Below are positions 31,503 to 42,062 of a stretch of DNA of 64,000 nt, piece by piece. Numbering within the stretch: position 1 is the stretch's first letter; the number at the start of each line of letters is the position of its first letter. The translations under genes and the position numbers were made by a program. Origin of the DNA: Cyanobacteria bacterium P01_F01_bin.150 (GTDB lineage: Bacteria > Cyanobacteriota > Cyanobacteriia > CAKZMO01); contig JBCCYL010000007.1 in the NCBI GenBank assembly GCA_039189765.1, positions 64,001 to 128,000 on the forward strand, in the 5' to 3' direction. The notes below the pieces were generated by a model. That model ran no database searches. It was not told the origin of the DNA and worked only from the letters and a program-made list of their open reading frames with translations.

Positions 31503-31883
31503 ATGGCATTGAACCAGGTTCGCGATACACTGACCACCGTCTACGATCAAGATAAGCGTAGATTGCTCTCAGCCTTATCCCACGGCTCTATTTTCTTTAG
31601 CACTTTGTTGTTCTCTATCGGCGTTCCGATCGCTATCCTTTTGATCTCAGATGACCCTGTGGTCAAAGATAACGCGCGGGAAGCCATTAACTTCTCCTTT
31701 AATGTCTGGTTCTGGGGCGGGGTGATTGGGGCTCTGTCTTTCTTGACCTTGGGTTTACTGGGCTTTTTCCTTATTCCCCTTGGATTTATCTGGCACTGGG
31801 GATTCACCATTTGGGCCACTATGAGCACTCTAAATAACCCAAATGAACCCTTCCGTTATTCGTTTATTTTTCGTCTTCTATAA
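31503..31883 (+). CDS. DUF4870-family small membrane protein
   Basis: LLSALSHGSIF...SDDPVVKDNAREAINFSFN...PFRYSFIFRLL; three TM segments. Confidence 0.8.
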   Translation: MALNQVRDTLTTVYDQDKRRLLSALSHGSIFFSTLLFSIGVPIAILLISDDPVVKDNAREAINFSFNVWFWGGVIGALSFLTLGLLGFFLIPLGFIWHWGFTIWATMSTLNNPNEPFRYSFIFRLL

Positions 31884-31977
31884 AGAAGCATTGCTAACGA
31901 AGTGCTTGTAAATTAGGTCTTAGAAAGTGCGTTATGGATTTGTATCCTGCGTACTTTTTTAAGCAAATGATGATTGC

Positions 31978-34146
31978 CTAGTCGTTTAGAATCTCACGCA
32001 TTGTTTGGGCCAGCTGCATTGCATCAGCATTTTCGGGTTCCAGACTCAAGGCTCGATCAACAGAGTCCAGAGCCGCGCTGAACTGTTGCAGTCCCCATAG
32101 AGCAGCTCCACGATTGCTCCAAGCCTCTGAAAGACTTGGGTCAAGCGCGATCGCCTCATCAAATGCATCCACCGCCTTTTGAAGCTTATCCATCCGCAAC
32201 AAAGCCGTTCCTTTATTATTCCAGGCTTCTGCAAAGGCAGGATCTTTTTTAATCGCCTTGTCATACAGCTTGATCGCATCCTTGTACTCTTGCTGTTGTT
32301 CCAGAGCATATCCCTTACTCCATAAGGCCCGTGAGTGATCTTTGTCTAGATCGATAGCTTGATCGCAGGCTGCAATTGCTTCATCAAAGCGCTGGAGAGC
32401 ATTAAGGCTGTAGCATTGCCCCACATAGGCTTCAGTCGCATCTGGGTAGGCTGCGATCGCCCGTTCATAGAGGACTAGGGCTTCTGAATATTGCCCTGCA
32501 TCCTGTAGCTGTACTGCCTGTGTTAACTGGGCTGTAAGAGGAGAAATAGCATTATCAATGTGGGATGGTGGTGTTATGACAGTGGAACCCTCTATCGGAT
32601 TAGAACTACTTGATGGTTGAGTCTGGTTAAGGTAGGCAGATGGTGATGGTCCGTCAATAGAAGGAAATGAACTGGAGGAAGGCTGGGGTTCAGCCTGATG
32701 CGTAGGTGTTGAACTCTGATCATCCGTTGCTGCTTCCGAGCCTGGTATATGACCGGCTGTCTCCGATGCAGAGGAGTTCGTTTGGGCAATAGTAGGAGAC
32801 AGCGGTGAGGGTTCTAAACCAGATTTTCCTAAAATTACTCCTATGATTAACGCGCCAAGAACGGCGATTGCTGCTGGGAACACTCTCCTATATGGTCCTA
32901 GAGGACTTCTTGTGTGAATAAAAGGTTGAGGATTTGTGACTAGCTCTGTCGTCCCAGTGGTTTTCGTCATCCTATGACTTATGCCATGACCGTTATGGCT
33001 ATGTTCTTTGGAAATATCCATGCGTTGACCTACAACCCGCTGGGTTCGGGCCAATTCCATACTGGGGATAGAACTGGATATGCCCTCATGGGGCATCGAA
33101 GAATCAACAGATGAATCTTGGGTAGGAAAAGACGGAGCAACCACCAGGGTTGATTCGGTCGATTGTTCCTTGGCACTAGCTTGTAAGGAAACAGAAGTAT
33201 GGCCAGCTTGCTGACTATCAGCGTGATCCTTAGCTTGGTCATTTTGAACAGGGTTGGAAAGGCTAGCCGGAATCGCTTGCACTAGCTCCTCAGGCAGTTT
33301 TTTTAGGGCATTAAACGCATCGGCAGCTATGGCATATCGAGAGCGAAAATCATACCGAACCATTTTGTCTAAAAAGGCGACCAATTCTGGACGGACTTGT
33401 TCTGCATAATCATGCCAATTCAACTCCCCTGTAGTGGGATCGGGTGTCAGCATGCGAGGGTGGCGTCTAGTCAGCAGTTGGATTCCCATAACGCCTACTG
33501 CATATAGATCGCTGCTAAATTGAGGCATGCCAACAATTTGTTCGTTAGGCATGTATCCCTGGGTACCGATGGAAATCGTATGACTGATGCTTGTCTCTGA
33601 ATTGATCAGTTGGGTACTCGCCTGCTTAACCGCTCCAAAATCAATCAATACAATTCGCTGATCGCGGCGACGACGCATTAGATTAGAGGGTTTTAGATCT
33701 CGATGGATGACCCGCTGTTGATGAACAACAGATAGGGTCCCTAAAACATCCCCTAGAAATGTCACAACCTGGCTATCTGTCCAGCGTTTGGTCGTTGTAA
33801 ATTCTTCGGATAGGGAATGCCCTTCAATCAATTCTTGGGCAAGGTAAAATTCATTCTTGTCTTCGAAGTGAGCCAACAGTTGGGGAATTTGAGGGTGGGT
33901 ACCCAAGGCATAGAGAACCTTAGCTTCTGTATCAAACAATCGCCGTGCTACTTGCAGCGCTTGGGCACTTTCGACGTGGGGCTTGAGCTGCTTAATGACA
34001 CAGGTTGGCTGCCCAGGCAGATGTAGGTCCTGGGCCAAAAAGGTATGGCCAAAGCCCCCTGCTCCTAGTTCTTGAATAATTTTGTAGTGTCCCCCCAAGG
34101 GGGGCTTGGAACGCAACTGTAGCGATCGCAAAAAATTTAATGCCAT
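31978..34146 (-). CDS. Membrane Ser/Thr protein kinase with C-terminal TPR repeats
   Basis: LGAGGFG, VIKQL, HRDLKPSN, DFG and GTQGYMPNE intact; single TM; about five TPRs. Confidence 0.95.
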   Translation of the reverse strand: MALNFLRSLQLRSKPPLGGHYKIIQELGAGGFGHTFLAQDLHLPGQPTCVIKQLKPHVESAQALQVARRLFDTEAKVLYALGTHPQIPQLLAHFEDKNEFYLAQELIEGHSLSEEFTTTKRWTDSQVVTFLGDVLGTLSVVHQQRVIHRDLKPSNLMRRRRDQRIVLIDFGAVKQASTQLINSETSISHTISIGTQGYMPNEQIVGMPQFSSDLYAVGVMGIQLLTRRHPRMLTPDPTTGELNWHDYAEQVRPELVAFLDKMVRYDFRSRYAIAADAFNALKKLPEELVQAIPASLSNPVQNDQAKDHADSQQAGHTSVSLQASAKEQSTESTLVVAPSFPTQDSSVDSSMPHEGISSSIPSMELARTQRVVGQRMDISKEHSHNGHGISHRMTKTTGTTELVTNPQPFIHTRSPLGPYRRVFPAAIAVLGALIIGVILGKSGLEPSPLSPTIAQTNSSASETAGHIPGSEAATDDQSSTPTHQAEPQPSSSSFPSIDGPSPSAYLNQTQPSSSSNPIEGSTVITPPSHIDNAISPLTAQLTQAVQLQDAGQYSEALVLYERAIAAYPDATEAYVGQCYSLNALQRFDEAIAACDQAIDLDKDHSRALWSKGYALEQQQEYKDAIKLYDKAIKKDPAFAEAWNNKGTALLRMDKLQKAVDAFDEAIALDPSLSEAWSNRGAALWGLQQFSAALDSVDRALSLEPENADAMQLAQTMREILND

Positions 34147-34216
34147 TATTTTAACGTCGTTATTAATCGGTAGATTTGTCAGCTAGAAAACGAGTAAGAG
34201 ATGTACGACCCTACTG

Positions 34217-36319
34217 TCATCTCTTCTGTTTCGCTAGCGGCTTATTTCGATGAAATTGGTAGATATGGTCACCATCTTCGAATCCCTTTAGACTCGATTC
34301 GCCATTTTTAAGTGCTTGATGAATAAAGCCCTGTTGCAAAAGCCACTGACCAATGAGCAAGGCATCTTCCCTTGCATAGTCTCTCTGTTGCATAATCCAT
34401 TCGACGGCATCTGTGCCAGTAAAACAATCGGGATAGGTGCGGGAACCATAGGTGCGATCGCTTAATTCCATGCCTTTGGCCGTTTCATCGTATCCCTGCA
34501 TTGCGTCTGCCAATGATTCTAGATCCAAATCAGGAGAAACTTTTGACAGAATTGGCTCCTGTTCATTTAAAGCTTTTGGCGCTGACAGTTGGTTTGACGC
34601 TTGATCTGCAAGGGACAGTGCTTGTTGGCCAGTAGATCTGTCATTAATGCTTTCCTTGCTAGGTGGGGAAGTGGCCGGTAGAACTGATGGTTGATGTGAT
34701 TCTGAATGTTTAGGACCTATCGATTTTGGCTCTAAAGGTGACATATTTATATGATGCTTCAGAATACCCACTAGTTCCTCTAAGTGGGGCGATTGCAAAT
34801 GTAAATCCCTTTGAGGAAAGGGAATCTGAATATCATTACGGCGCAAGCTGGCTTCAATTTCATAATTCAGATCACTGCGGACCTGTGCTTGTTTACGGGG
34901 TTCCCCTGTCCAAACCAATACTTCAAACTGGAGGTCACTATCGCCAAATCCTTGGAAAAAAACATCTGGTTTGGGTCTAAGCAGAACTTCAGGATGCTTG
35001 CGCACTGCTCCAAGCAGTGTTTGCTTCACAAGGGTAATATCAGATCCGTAGGCTACTCCAATCGGAATGTGGAGACGTGATACGGAGTTGCCATGGCTCC
35101 AGTTAATTACTTCACTTTCCAAAAAACGAGAATTAGGAATAATAATCGTCACCTGATCCAGAGTGCGTAATTCGGTGCTGCGCGCCCCAATATTAACCAC
35201 CGTCCCTTCGCGATCGCCCACATTAATAAAATCCCCTACTTGAATGGGCCGTTCTAAGGTGATAATAAATCCGCTAATAAAATTGTTAGTGATATTTTGG
35301 ACCCCAAAACCAATTCCCACACCTAACACACTGGCTAGGATCGTGAGGGAGCTGGCATCGATCCCCCATACCTGCAGCAAAATCACAACCCCTAAAAAAA
35401 TTAGGGCATACTGAATCACCACGCTGAGGATATCTTGGATTCGCTGCTCCAGACGTGCTTGGTTCAAAACGTAGGTGCGAAACAAATAGGTTAGCAAATT
35501 TGTCCCAAACCACAAGATGATCGTGCCAATTACTAGGCGAATTAAGTTGAGCGCTGAGTACCGGACATCACCCAGTTGGATAATATCTGCGCTCAGCAGA
35601 TTGACCACTGCGTAACGGACAATTCGAGTCTCCGGAAAAATATCCGTAATATAGAAGGCAACGACCAGCCATAATCCTGCCTTGAGGCCAAAACTGCCGA
35701 GGTGCCAAAACATTTTAACGGGCTTTTCCAACTCCTGAAATTGACCAGAGTCGTATTCAAACCAACGTTTCACATATCGATAGCCCGTGCGGCCAAGAAC
35801 CCAGATAATCATTTGAAGGGCGATCGCCCCTATCAAAGCAATCGCACTATACGTTTTGGCTTGGTGACGGTAAGCGGGTTGACGCTCTTGTTGTCCTTGA
35901 CGTAGGGCTGATTGCAATTCCTTGGCCCATTTTTCTGCCTGTTTACGGCGATCACCGCCAGGAATCGTTACATCAGCATCCGTCACCGTAATCAAGATAT
36001 CTTGATTAGATTGGCTTCTGAGATAGACTTGATCCCGCTCTCGATCGCCATCTACTCGAATAGTGGCTTGGGCTTCAGCGATCACTTCACGCAGTAGTTC
36101 CTTATTAATATGGTCAGCTCGCTGACTAGCGGTAAATTTCTCCGTATCCTTGACCGTAAAAATGATGTTGCCGTCTACTACCACCGCCGCATCCTCTCCA
36201 TCAAGAGGCGTAAGTTGGGCTAAGCTGGGCGGCATCTGACAGGCATGAACAGCAATGACTAAAACCATTGTCACTATTACGGTCACCCATCGCGTCCATT
36301 TGGACCTCACCATGTCCAC
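34217..36319 (-). CDS. MscS-family mechanosensitive channel with C-terminal DEP domain
   Basis: GVGIGFGVQNITNNFISG, IQVGDFI, IIPNSRF and IPFPQRDLH motifs; C-terminal YPDCFTGTDAVEWI...DALLIGQWLLQQGFIH...FEDGDHIYQF matches a DEP pattern. Confidence 0.9.
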   Translation of the reverse strand: MDMVRSKWTRWVTVIVTMVLVIAVHACQMPPSLAQLTPLDGEDAAVVVDGNIIFTVKDTEKFTASQRADHINKELLREVIAEAQATIRVDGDRERDQVYLRSQSNQDILITVTDADVTIPGGDRRKQAEKWAKELQSALRQGQQERQPAYRHQAKTYSAIALIGAIALQMIIWVLGRTGYRYVKRWFEYDSGQFQELEKPVKMFWHLGSFGLKAGLWLVVAFYITDIFPETRIVRYAVVNLLSADIIQLGDVRYSALNLIRLVIGTIILWFGTNLLTYLFRTYVLNQARLEQRIQDILSVVIQYALIFLGVVILLQVWGIDASSLTILASVLGVGIGFGVQNITNNFISGFIITLERPIQVGDFINVGDREGTVVNIGARSTELRTLDQVTIIIPNSRFLESEVINWSHGNSVSRLHIPIGVAYGSDITLVKQTLLGAVRKHPEVLLRPKPDVFFQGFGDSDLQFEVLVWTGEPRKQAQVRSDLNYEIEASLRRNDIQIPFPQRDLHLQSPHLEELVGILKHHINMSPLEPKSIGPKHSESHQPSVLPATSPPSKESINDRSTGQQALSLADQASNQLSAPKALNEQEPILSKVSPDLDLESLADAMQGYDETAKGMELSDRTYGSRTYPDCFTGTDAVEWIMQQRDYAREDALLIGQWLLQQGFIHQALKNGESSLKGFEDGDHIYQFHRNKPLAKQKR

Positions 36320-36353
36320 CTAAATTCCTTTAGTATTGCCAGCAGTTTAAGCT

Positions 36354-36959
36354 CTAATACCCATTTTTAGTCATATCAATGCTATCCGAGGACTCAAGTC
36401 GTTCACTTAGTAAATGTGGAACGACGATACTCGACTCCACTGTTGGCCTCGCATTTTTGAGGAGAAGTTGAGCGATCGCCCAGGTGCCCCAACCTAATAG
36501 GGCTAGCACCAGGCCTCCTATTAACCAGACGGCGATCGCATTAGGATTAGTTCCCGTTTGGGTCTTAGCCATATAACTTCGCTCAACGCTGAGTTCGGTC
36601 GCATTGGTTTCCCGATCCTTCACCAACTCCACCGTAATTTTGAATGGCCCAATTCTTACCGTGTCTTTAATGGTAAAAATTTGGCTATCTTGACGCACCG
36701 GTCTGCCATTGAGGAACGTGCCATTGGCACTTTTATCGGTAATCTGGAGTTGCTGATTAATCACGTTAATTAACGCATGGTATCGGGACACCTGTTTATG
36801 ATCAAGTTCTAGATGTGAAACAGGCTGGTTCCCAAATGAATCGGGCATTTGAGCGATTTCACGACCGATGGCAACAGGAGATTGACAGACTGAATGATGA
36901 GGGGTTCCGGTTGTTGGATCATCCCAAGTTAGTTGGATTAACACAGGCTTATTTGGCAT
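36354..36959 (-). CDS. FHA-domain membrane protein
   Basis: IGRE, VSRYHA and SANGTFLNG motifs; C-terminal TM. Confidence 0.9.
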   Translation of the reverse strand: MPNKPVLIQLTWDDPTTGTPHHSVCQSPVAIGREIAQMPDSFGNQPVSHLELDHKQVSRYHALINVINQQLQITDKSANGTFLNGRPVRQDSQIFTIKDTVRIGPFKITVELVKDRETNATELSVERSYMAKTQTGTNPNAIAVWLIGGLVLALLGWGTWAIAQLLLKNARPTVESSIVVPHLLSERLESSDSIDMTKNGY

Positions 36960-37146
36960 ATGGGCCTCTCAACTCTTGTCGCACTGAACACATGTCACTT
37001 TTAATTTGTACTGGACTTTTACTCAAACGTCCAAACAGTTCCAGACAAAATCAGGATAGTTGAAGCGTTTTGAACCGCAGAAGCTTTTGGCCTATTTCGC
37101 CGCCGACTTAAGTTTTAAACCCTCCAAGTTCGGCAAAGAAGCTAGC

Positions 37147-38265
37147 TTAAACCTGATGCTGAAGATATTTGATCGCAATATCCAAGATCCGTTGGGACGA
37201 TTGACCATCCCCAAACGGGTTGATCGCAGTAGCCATTTGTTGATATTTAGCCTCGTTAGTCAATAACTCAGTAGCTTCTTTTAATAAGATATCTGAGCTA
37301 GTTCCAATTAACTTAGCAGTGCCTGCGGTCACAGCTTCAGGCCGCTCTGTTGTCTCCCGTAAAATCAACACAGGTTTACCCAAGCTGGGGGCCTCTTCCT
37401 GAAGACCGCCTGAATCAGTCATTAACAAATAACAACGTTGAATTGCCCCTACAAGTTGAGTGTAGTCCAGGGGCTCAATCAAAAATGTCCGCGCATGGTC
37501 ACCTAAAATAGCCTTCAGGGGTTCTCTCACGGTAGGATTACGATGAAGTGGCAAAACTAACGCGGTATCTGGGAACGTATCTAAAATCTTTAGAAACCCA
37601 TTGGCAATCTCTTCTAGCGGCGAACCCCAGTTCTCTCGGCGATGAACAGTGGATAAGATCGTTCGATATTTACTCCAATCCATTCCAGGGACAGAGCATT
37701 CGGGCGATCGCCCTGCAACATCTAACAATGCATCAATTACCGTGTTTCCAGTCAGATAAATCTCACCCGTCGTTCCAGACTGTTTAAGATGCCCTACGGC
37801 AACATCCGTCGGGGCAAAATGCAGCTGAGCAACTTGAGAAATTAATCGGCGATTCGCCTCTTCAGGAAACGGATCATAAATATTATCCGTACGTAACCCT
37901 GCTTCTACATGGCCCACTGGAATTTTTTGATAGAAAGCAGCCAGTGCAGCTGCAAATGCGGTTGTTGTATCACCCTGAACCAATACCAAATTGGGTTGAA
38001 GCGTTTGCAATAAAGTCTGTAAGCCATCTAAGCTGCGACAGGTAATATCTGTAAGCGACTGTTTTGGCTGCATAATGGCCAAATCTTCGTCAGCCGTCAA
38101 CTCAAACATTCCCATTACTTGGTCTACCATCTCTCGATGCTGTCCAGTCAAGACAACACAGGTCTTGACCTGTTCAGATTTCTTAAAGGCTTGAATGACT
38201 GGGGCTAACTTAATCGCCTCTGGACGAGTGCCCAAAACAATGCAAACCTTAAATGGCTTAGTCAT
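37147..38265 (-). CDS. wecB: UDP-N-acetylglucosamine 2-epimerase (non-hydrolysing)
   Basis: GTRPEAIKLAP, TGQHREM, QGDTTT, HVEAGLRT and TDSGGLQEEAPSLG motifs. Confidence 0.97.
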   Translation of the reverse strand: MTKPFKVCIVLGTRPEAIKLAPVIQAFKKSEQVKTCVVLTGQHREMVDQVMGMFELTADEDLAIMQPKQSLTDITCRSLDGLQTLLQTLQPNLVLVQGDTTTAFAAALAAFYQKIPVGHVEAGLRTDNIYDPFPEEANRRLISQVAQLHFAPTDVAVGHLKQSGTTGEIYLTGNTVIDALLDVAGRSPECSVPGMDWSKYRTILSTVHRRENWGSPLEEIANGFLKILDTFPDTALVLPLHRNPTVREPLKAILGDHARTFLIEPLDYTQLVGAIQRCYLLMTDSGGLQEEAPSLGKPVLILRETTERPEAVTAGTAKLIGTSSDILLKEATELLTNEAKYQQMATAINPFGDGQSSQRILDIAIKYLQHQV

Positions 38266-38443
38266 GTAAGTAGTCCTTAAATACGGCTCAATGCTATGAG
38301 TCCTAAATATGGTACTTGGAAAAAATAGCTATCGACGAGAGGTGATGTCAGGATCAATTAGGTCTGAGGGTAAGCTATTCCACAAGTTGCTATCGAATAA
38401 TTTTGCTACAGCGCCTATAATGCTAGGTACACGATCTACCAGC

Positions 38444-38911
38444 TTATACGATGATGCTTGGGCCTTGTTGCTTCAGACTTTGAATATGGCTTTTGATAGA
38501 TGCCTGTAGATTATTGCGAAAGATTTCAATTCCATCCTCGAGATTATCAGGGGTCTCAAAAAAGATGACGCTATCTACCGTTTTTATCGCTAACATGTGA
38601 AAAAGTATATGCGTCACAGGGATCGGCAACGGTTCAATAGTTGGGTTGCTCATAATTTGACTACCAACCTCAGCGTCTTTAAGGGTGGGATAGACTGAAA
38701 TGATATGTTTTTCTGTCGATGGCATATTCCGACTTTTCAGGGTGACCATTAACCAATTTCCATCTACCGTTCTTGGAACGTAGTACGCAGGATGTTTTAG
38801 CTTTTCTGCCATTGATTTGATAGCGGGAGCGATCGCCCTCATAAGGGCAGGGGTCGTACCGTCTTGGGGTGCATTATCAATAAGTTCTTGGATTTGTGAA
38901 TCTAGGTTCAT
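38444..38911 (-). CDS. Conserved hypothetical protein, divergent from hetZ
   Basis: 155-aa ORF with ATG start (MNLDSQIQELIDNAPQDGTTP) and normal composition. Confidence 0.75.
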   Translation of the reverse strand: MNLDSQIQELIDNAPQDGTTPALMRAIAPAIKSMAEKLKHPAYYVPRTVDGNWLMVTLKSRNMPSTEKHIISVYPTLKDAEVGSQIMSNPTIEPLPIPVTHILFHMLAIKTVDSVIFFETPDNLEDGIEIFRNNLQASIKSHIQSLKQQGPSIIV

Positions 38912-39037
38912 CTATTACTACTCTGTGAATTTGAACTAGGTATTATTGTCCTTCAGTCTAAACTGAATCATTTAGTAAACGGCCAATACCAAATCACAAA
39001 TCATTGATGTTGTCGTCTACATTGAGTACTGAGCGCC

Positions 39038-40369
39038 GTGGTCACTAGTCACCATCAGGAGAAAGTTGTGCAGGAAACCCTTGTGCAGGATCGACTTGTG
39101 AGAAAAAAGCTCACGCAGGGAGGAAATGTGCAAGAAGATAAGAGTCAGGATTTGGCTTTACAACGAGATTCTTTACAACAAAAAGATGCTCTGCAAGAAG
39201 AATCTCCAGCAAGCAGTGTACAGAGCATTGAAGCTCTATCTAAGTTTTTAATTAATGAATTTCGCCATTCTACCAGTGCCTCAGCCAAACACTGTCGAGA
39301 GGTAGCAGGGAGGATTACGGAGGAAGTCTCTCGAATTTGTACTGAAAGTCAACGTATTCAAGCCTCAGGAGAGGTGGATACCTGGCTTTTGAACCTTGCA
39401 AGGCATCGCCTCAAGCAGTGTTTGAAGTACTATAACCTAGGTTCTCGAAGAGGGCGGGTTGAGCTGCACAGTACTTTGAGTGCGGTGGTGTATCGATACA
39501 TTACCCCGCCTCAAGTTCAATCTAGCTATCAGGCACGGCTCAATTTAATTGAAGACTTCCTACAGAATTTTTATGTAGAAGCCCTGAATGCATTCCGACG
39601 GGAAAATAAGATGGAGGCGACCTACTGTCCTCGTTCACTGTTAGAGCTGTCAGAATATATGGCATTCACTGAACGGTATGGAAAACGTCGTATTCCATTA
39701 CCCCGTCGTCGCAGCCAACAGTTGATTATCCTACGTGCTCAAACGTTTTCTAAGCAACAGCCTCCTGAAACAATGGTAGATATGGAACAGGCGGCAGAGG
39801 GCGGCAGTAATGAAACGGATCAAGCTTGGAGTACAGCTCCACTGCAGCAGGTTCGAGAGCAGATGGTATCGTTAGGTCCTGATCCCGCTGAAGATTCTCT
39901 ACGAGATGTTGTATCTGATCAGCTCCTTGCCTACTTGGAAGAGCGACAACAGGAAGATTGTGCGGACTATTTTGTCTTGCGATTGCAGGATTTACCGGCC
40001 CATGAAATTGAGACGATCCTAGGACTTACCCCTCGCCAGCGAGATTACTTGCAACAACGCTTTAAATATCACCTGATTCGATTTGCCCTATCCCATCATT
40101 GGGAACTGGTGCATCAATGGCTGGAGGCGGATTTGGAGCGGAATTTTGGCCTTACCCCTTATCAATGGGGTGTTTTCTGGGATGACCTATCCGCCACTCA
40201 GCAAGAGATGTTGGAATTGAAGCAAAAAGCATGGTCTGACAAAGCGATCGCCCAGCAAATCGGCTGTACCACTACCCAAATGAATAAACAATGGTCAAAA
40301 TTATTGGAAAAAGCCTGGGAAATCCGTAACAATTTAATATCCGGAGCGAAGACAGAAGGCAATGAATAG
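39038..40369 (+). CDS. hetZ: HetZ-related protein
   Basis: EVSRIC...RIQASGE, YYNLGSRRGRVELHSTLSAVVYRYI, IEDFLQNFYVE, HTH-like LGLTPRQRDYLQQRFKY and HHWELVHQWL; start uncertain (GTG). Confidence 0.85.
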   Translation: MVTSHHQEKVVQETLVQDRLVRKKLTQGGNVQEDKSQDLALQRDSLQQKDALQEESPASSVQSIEALSKFLINEFRHSTSASAKHCREVAGRITEEVSRICTESQRIQASGEVDTWLLNLARHRLKQCLKYYNLGSRRGRVELHSTLSAVVYRYITPPQVQSSYQARLNLIEDFLQNFYVEALNAFRRENKMEATYCPRSLLELSEYMAFTERYGKRRIPLPRRRSQQLIILRAQTFSKQQPPETMVDMEQAAEGGSNETDQAWSTAPLQQVREQMVSLGPDPAEDSLRDVVSDQLLAYLEERQQEDCADYFVLRLQDLPAHEIETILGLTPRQRDYLQQRFKYHLIRFALSHHWELVHQWLEADLERNFGLTPYQWGVFWDDLSATQQEMLELKQKAWSDKAIAQQIGCTTTQMNKQWSKLLEKAWEIRNNLISGAKTEGNE

Positions 40370-41450
40370 AGATGCAGATGCTACTTCAAACAGCCCTGAA
40401 GAGTTCTCTCAAAGTTCGATTCAGGAACTGTGGAATTGGCTATTTCCAAATCCAACCCCAGACGATTTTAATGTGCCATCAGGGGAAGGAACCGGGGATT
40501 TACTTGGTTCTGATGGGTCTGGGGATTCGGATCGAAACGTGAATTCTAGAAATCGGCCCAACGCTGATACTCAGAACGTTATGCTAACCAATCTCAGCCA
40601 ACCTAATTTATCCTCAACTCAATCAAGTATTGGGGATACTGTATCGTTTGAATTCGGAGAGATGTCTGCTGTGCAAGATCGTTTTTATGCCTTATTAAAG
40701 CGTCGTTTACGCGACGAAATTGAACGTAATCCTCCCCTTTTCCCCTGGGAAAATGATCTTTGTGATTACGAACCTGAAGTACTAGACTGGGAACCAGCCC
40801 AATTGGTTCCAGTTTCTATCTGGTTGAAGCAAATTCAAGAGCGTCTACCAGTCCCCATGTCTGATCAGCTACTCGCTGTTTTGTTTAGTCGTTGTCAAGA
40901 CGTTGTACATGGTTCCCTGCAACAGGGCGCGAAATTAGTTCAAGCCGTTGAGGACTTGTTCCCTGGACAAGAGCAAACTTTGAACTATCTTGCTCGTTTG
41001 GTGCTGACTCCCAGCTTCCGGGATGGTAGTGATAGGCTTCAGACAGAGGGATTTCCAACCCATTACAATGTTGCAACAACTGAGCAACAGATGGCATTGT
41101 CTTTAATTGCAGTATCCGAAATTTTGGAGTCCCTCACACTCCATGTTTCTGCGACTAGTCCCGATGCAACTCGACAATGGACCACATCTACAGGGACGAT
41201 TCAAGTCTCTGTTCAATATCAACATCAAGAACAGCAAGCGTCACGATTAAGGGTTGAAAGCTCAATTCCTTGTCCAGGACATCTAAAATTGCAAGGAATG
41301 TCTGGAGAAACTATGACCCATCGCGATGACGCAGGGTGTATAAGCGTAGAACTCTTTGATGTTGAGCCAAATCAAACCTACCGATTAACGGTGCAATTAG
41401 AGGATGGAGCTAAGTCTCCCCTTGTTTTTTCTATTCAAGTCGATGAGTGA
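40362..41450 (+). CDS. patU: PatU-like protein (unsplit)
   Basis: Overlaps the hetZ end by 8 nt; VQDRFYALLKRRL...PPLFPWE, GAKLVQAVEDLFP and QQMALSL motifs. Confidence 0.8.
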   Translation: MNRDADATSNSPEEFSQSSIQELWNWLFPNPTPDDFNVPSGEGTGDLLGSDGSGDSDRNVNSRNRPNADTQNVMLTNLSQPNLSSTQSSIGDTVSFEFGEMSAVQDRFYALLKRRLRDEIERNPPLFPWENDLCDYEPEVLDWEPAQLVPVSIWLKQIQERLPVPMSDQLLAVLFSRCQDVVHGSLQQGAKLVQAVEDLFPGQEQTLNYLARLVLTPSFRDGSDRLQTEGFPTHYNVATTEQQMALSLIAVSEILESLTLHVSATSPDATRQWTTSTGTIQVSVQYQHQEQQASRLRVESSIPCPGHLKLQGMSGETMTHRDDAGCISVELFDVEPNQTYRLTVQLEDGAKSPLVFSIQVDE

Positions 41451-41640
41451 GTCATCACAATGACATGACTGACATAACTAGGGCTACCAAATATCTCAGA
41501 ACATTTAGTTAAGGGAACTATTCCAACTTTCCCATATCTTCGCTAGAGCGGGGTAAATACTTTGATTGAGGTATTGTTAAGGATCTACCGAATGAGAGAC
41601 CTAGATTAGTAGCCGTGGACACTATGGTTAGGACATAAAT

Positions 41641-41673
41641 GTTATTTTCCCCTTTTGCTGAGGGGAAAATAAC
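41641..41673. terminator. 13-bp hairpin downstream of patU
   Basis: GTTATTTTCCCCT-TTTGCTG-AGGGGAAAATAAC. Confidence 0.55.
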
Positions 41674-42062
41674 GTCTTAATCAATATATCGATGACTATA
41701 TTAGTGACCAATATCACCGCACCCCTTCGCATCGAATAGATGATCAAAGTTAATATTCAACTGGGCGTTGCGGAGGATTGTTTCTGCGCTTCGCCTATTT
41801 TTATTATGCAGGATCTGAGTTAAATAGAACGTAGGAAGATATTATCCTAGATTGAAACAACATTATTTATGATAGTGATGCTGTGCATCATCCTCTGTCT
41901 ATGCCTAAAATTGAGACCTAAACGGGTATCTTCAAATGTAACTCATGTGTAACAGAATGACTCCAATCTATTGACAATTTTGTATGGATGCTTAAGGTAG
42001 GTGCTACATGCTAGAGTCAACGATGATGAATTGCCCTTACTATTTGCTGTAACGAGTTCTAG

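Noticed and set aside
41451..42062. patS/patX-type RGSGR peptide near hetZ-patU
   Set aside because: I saw no RGSGR-coding frame by eye; the RGSGT in AccA is part of the enzyme.
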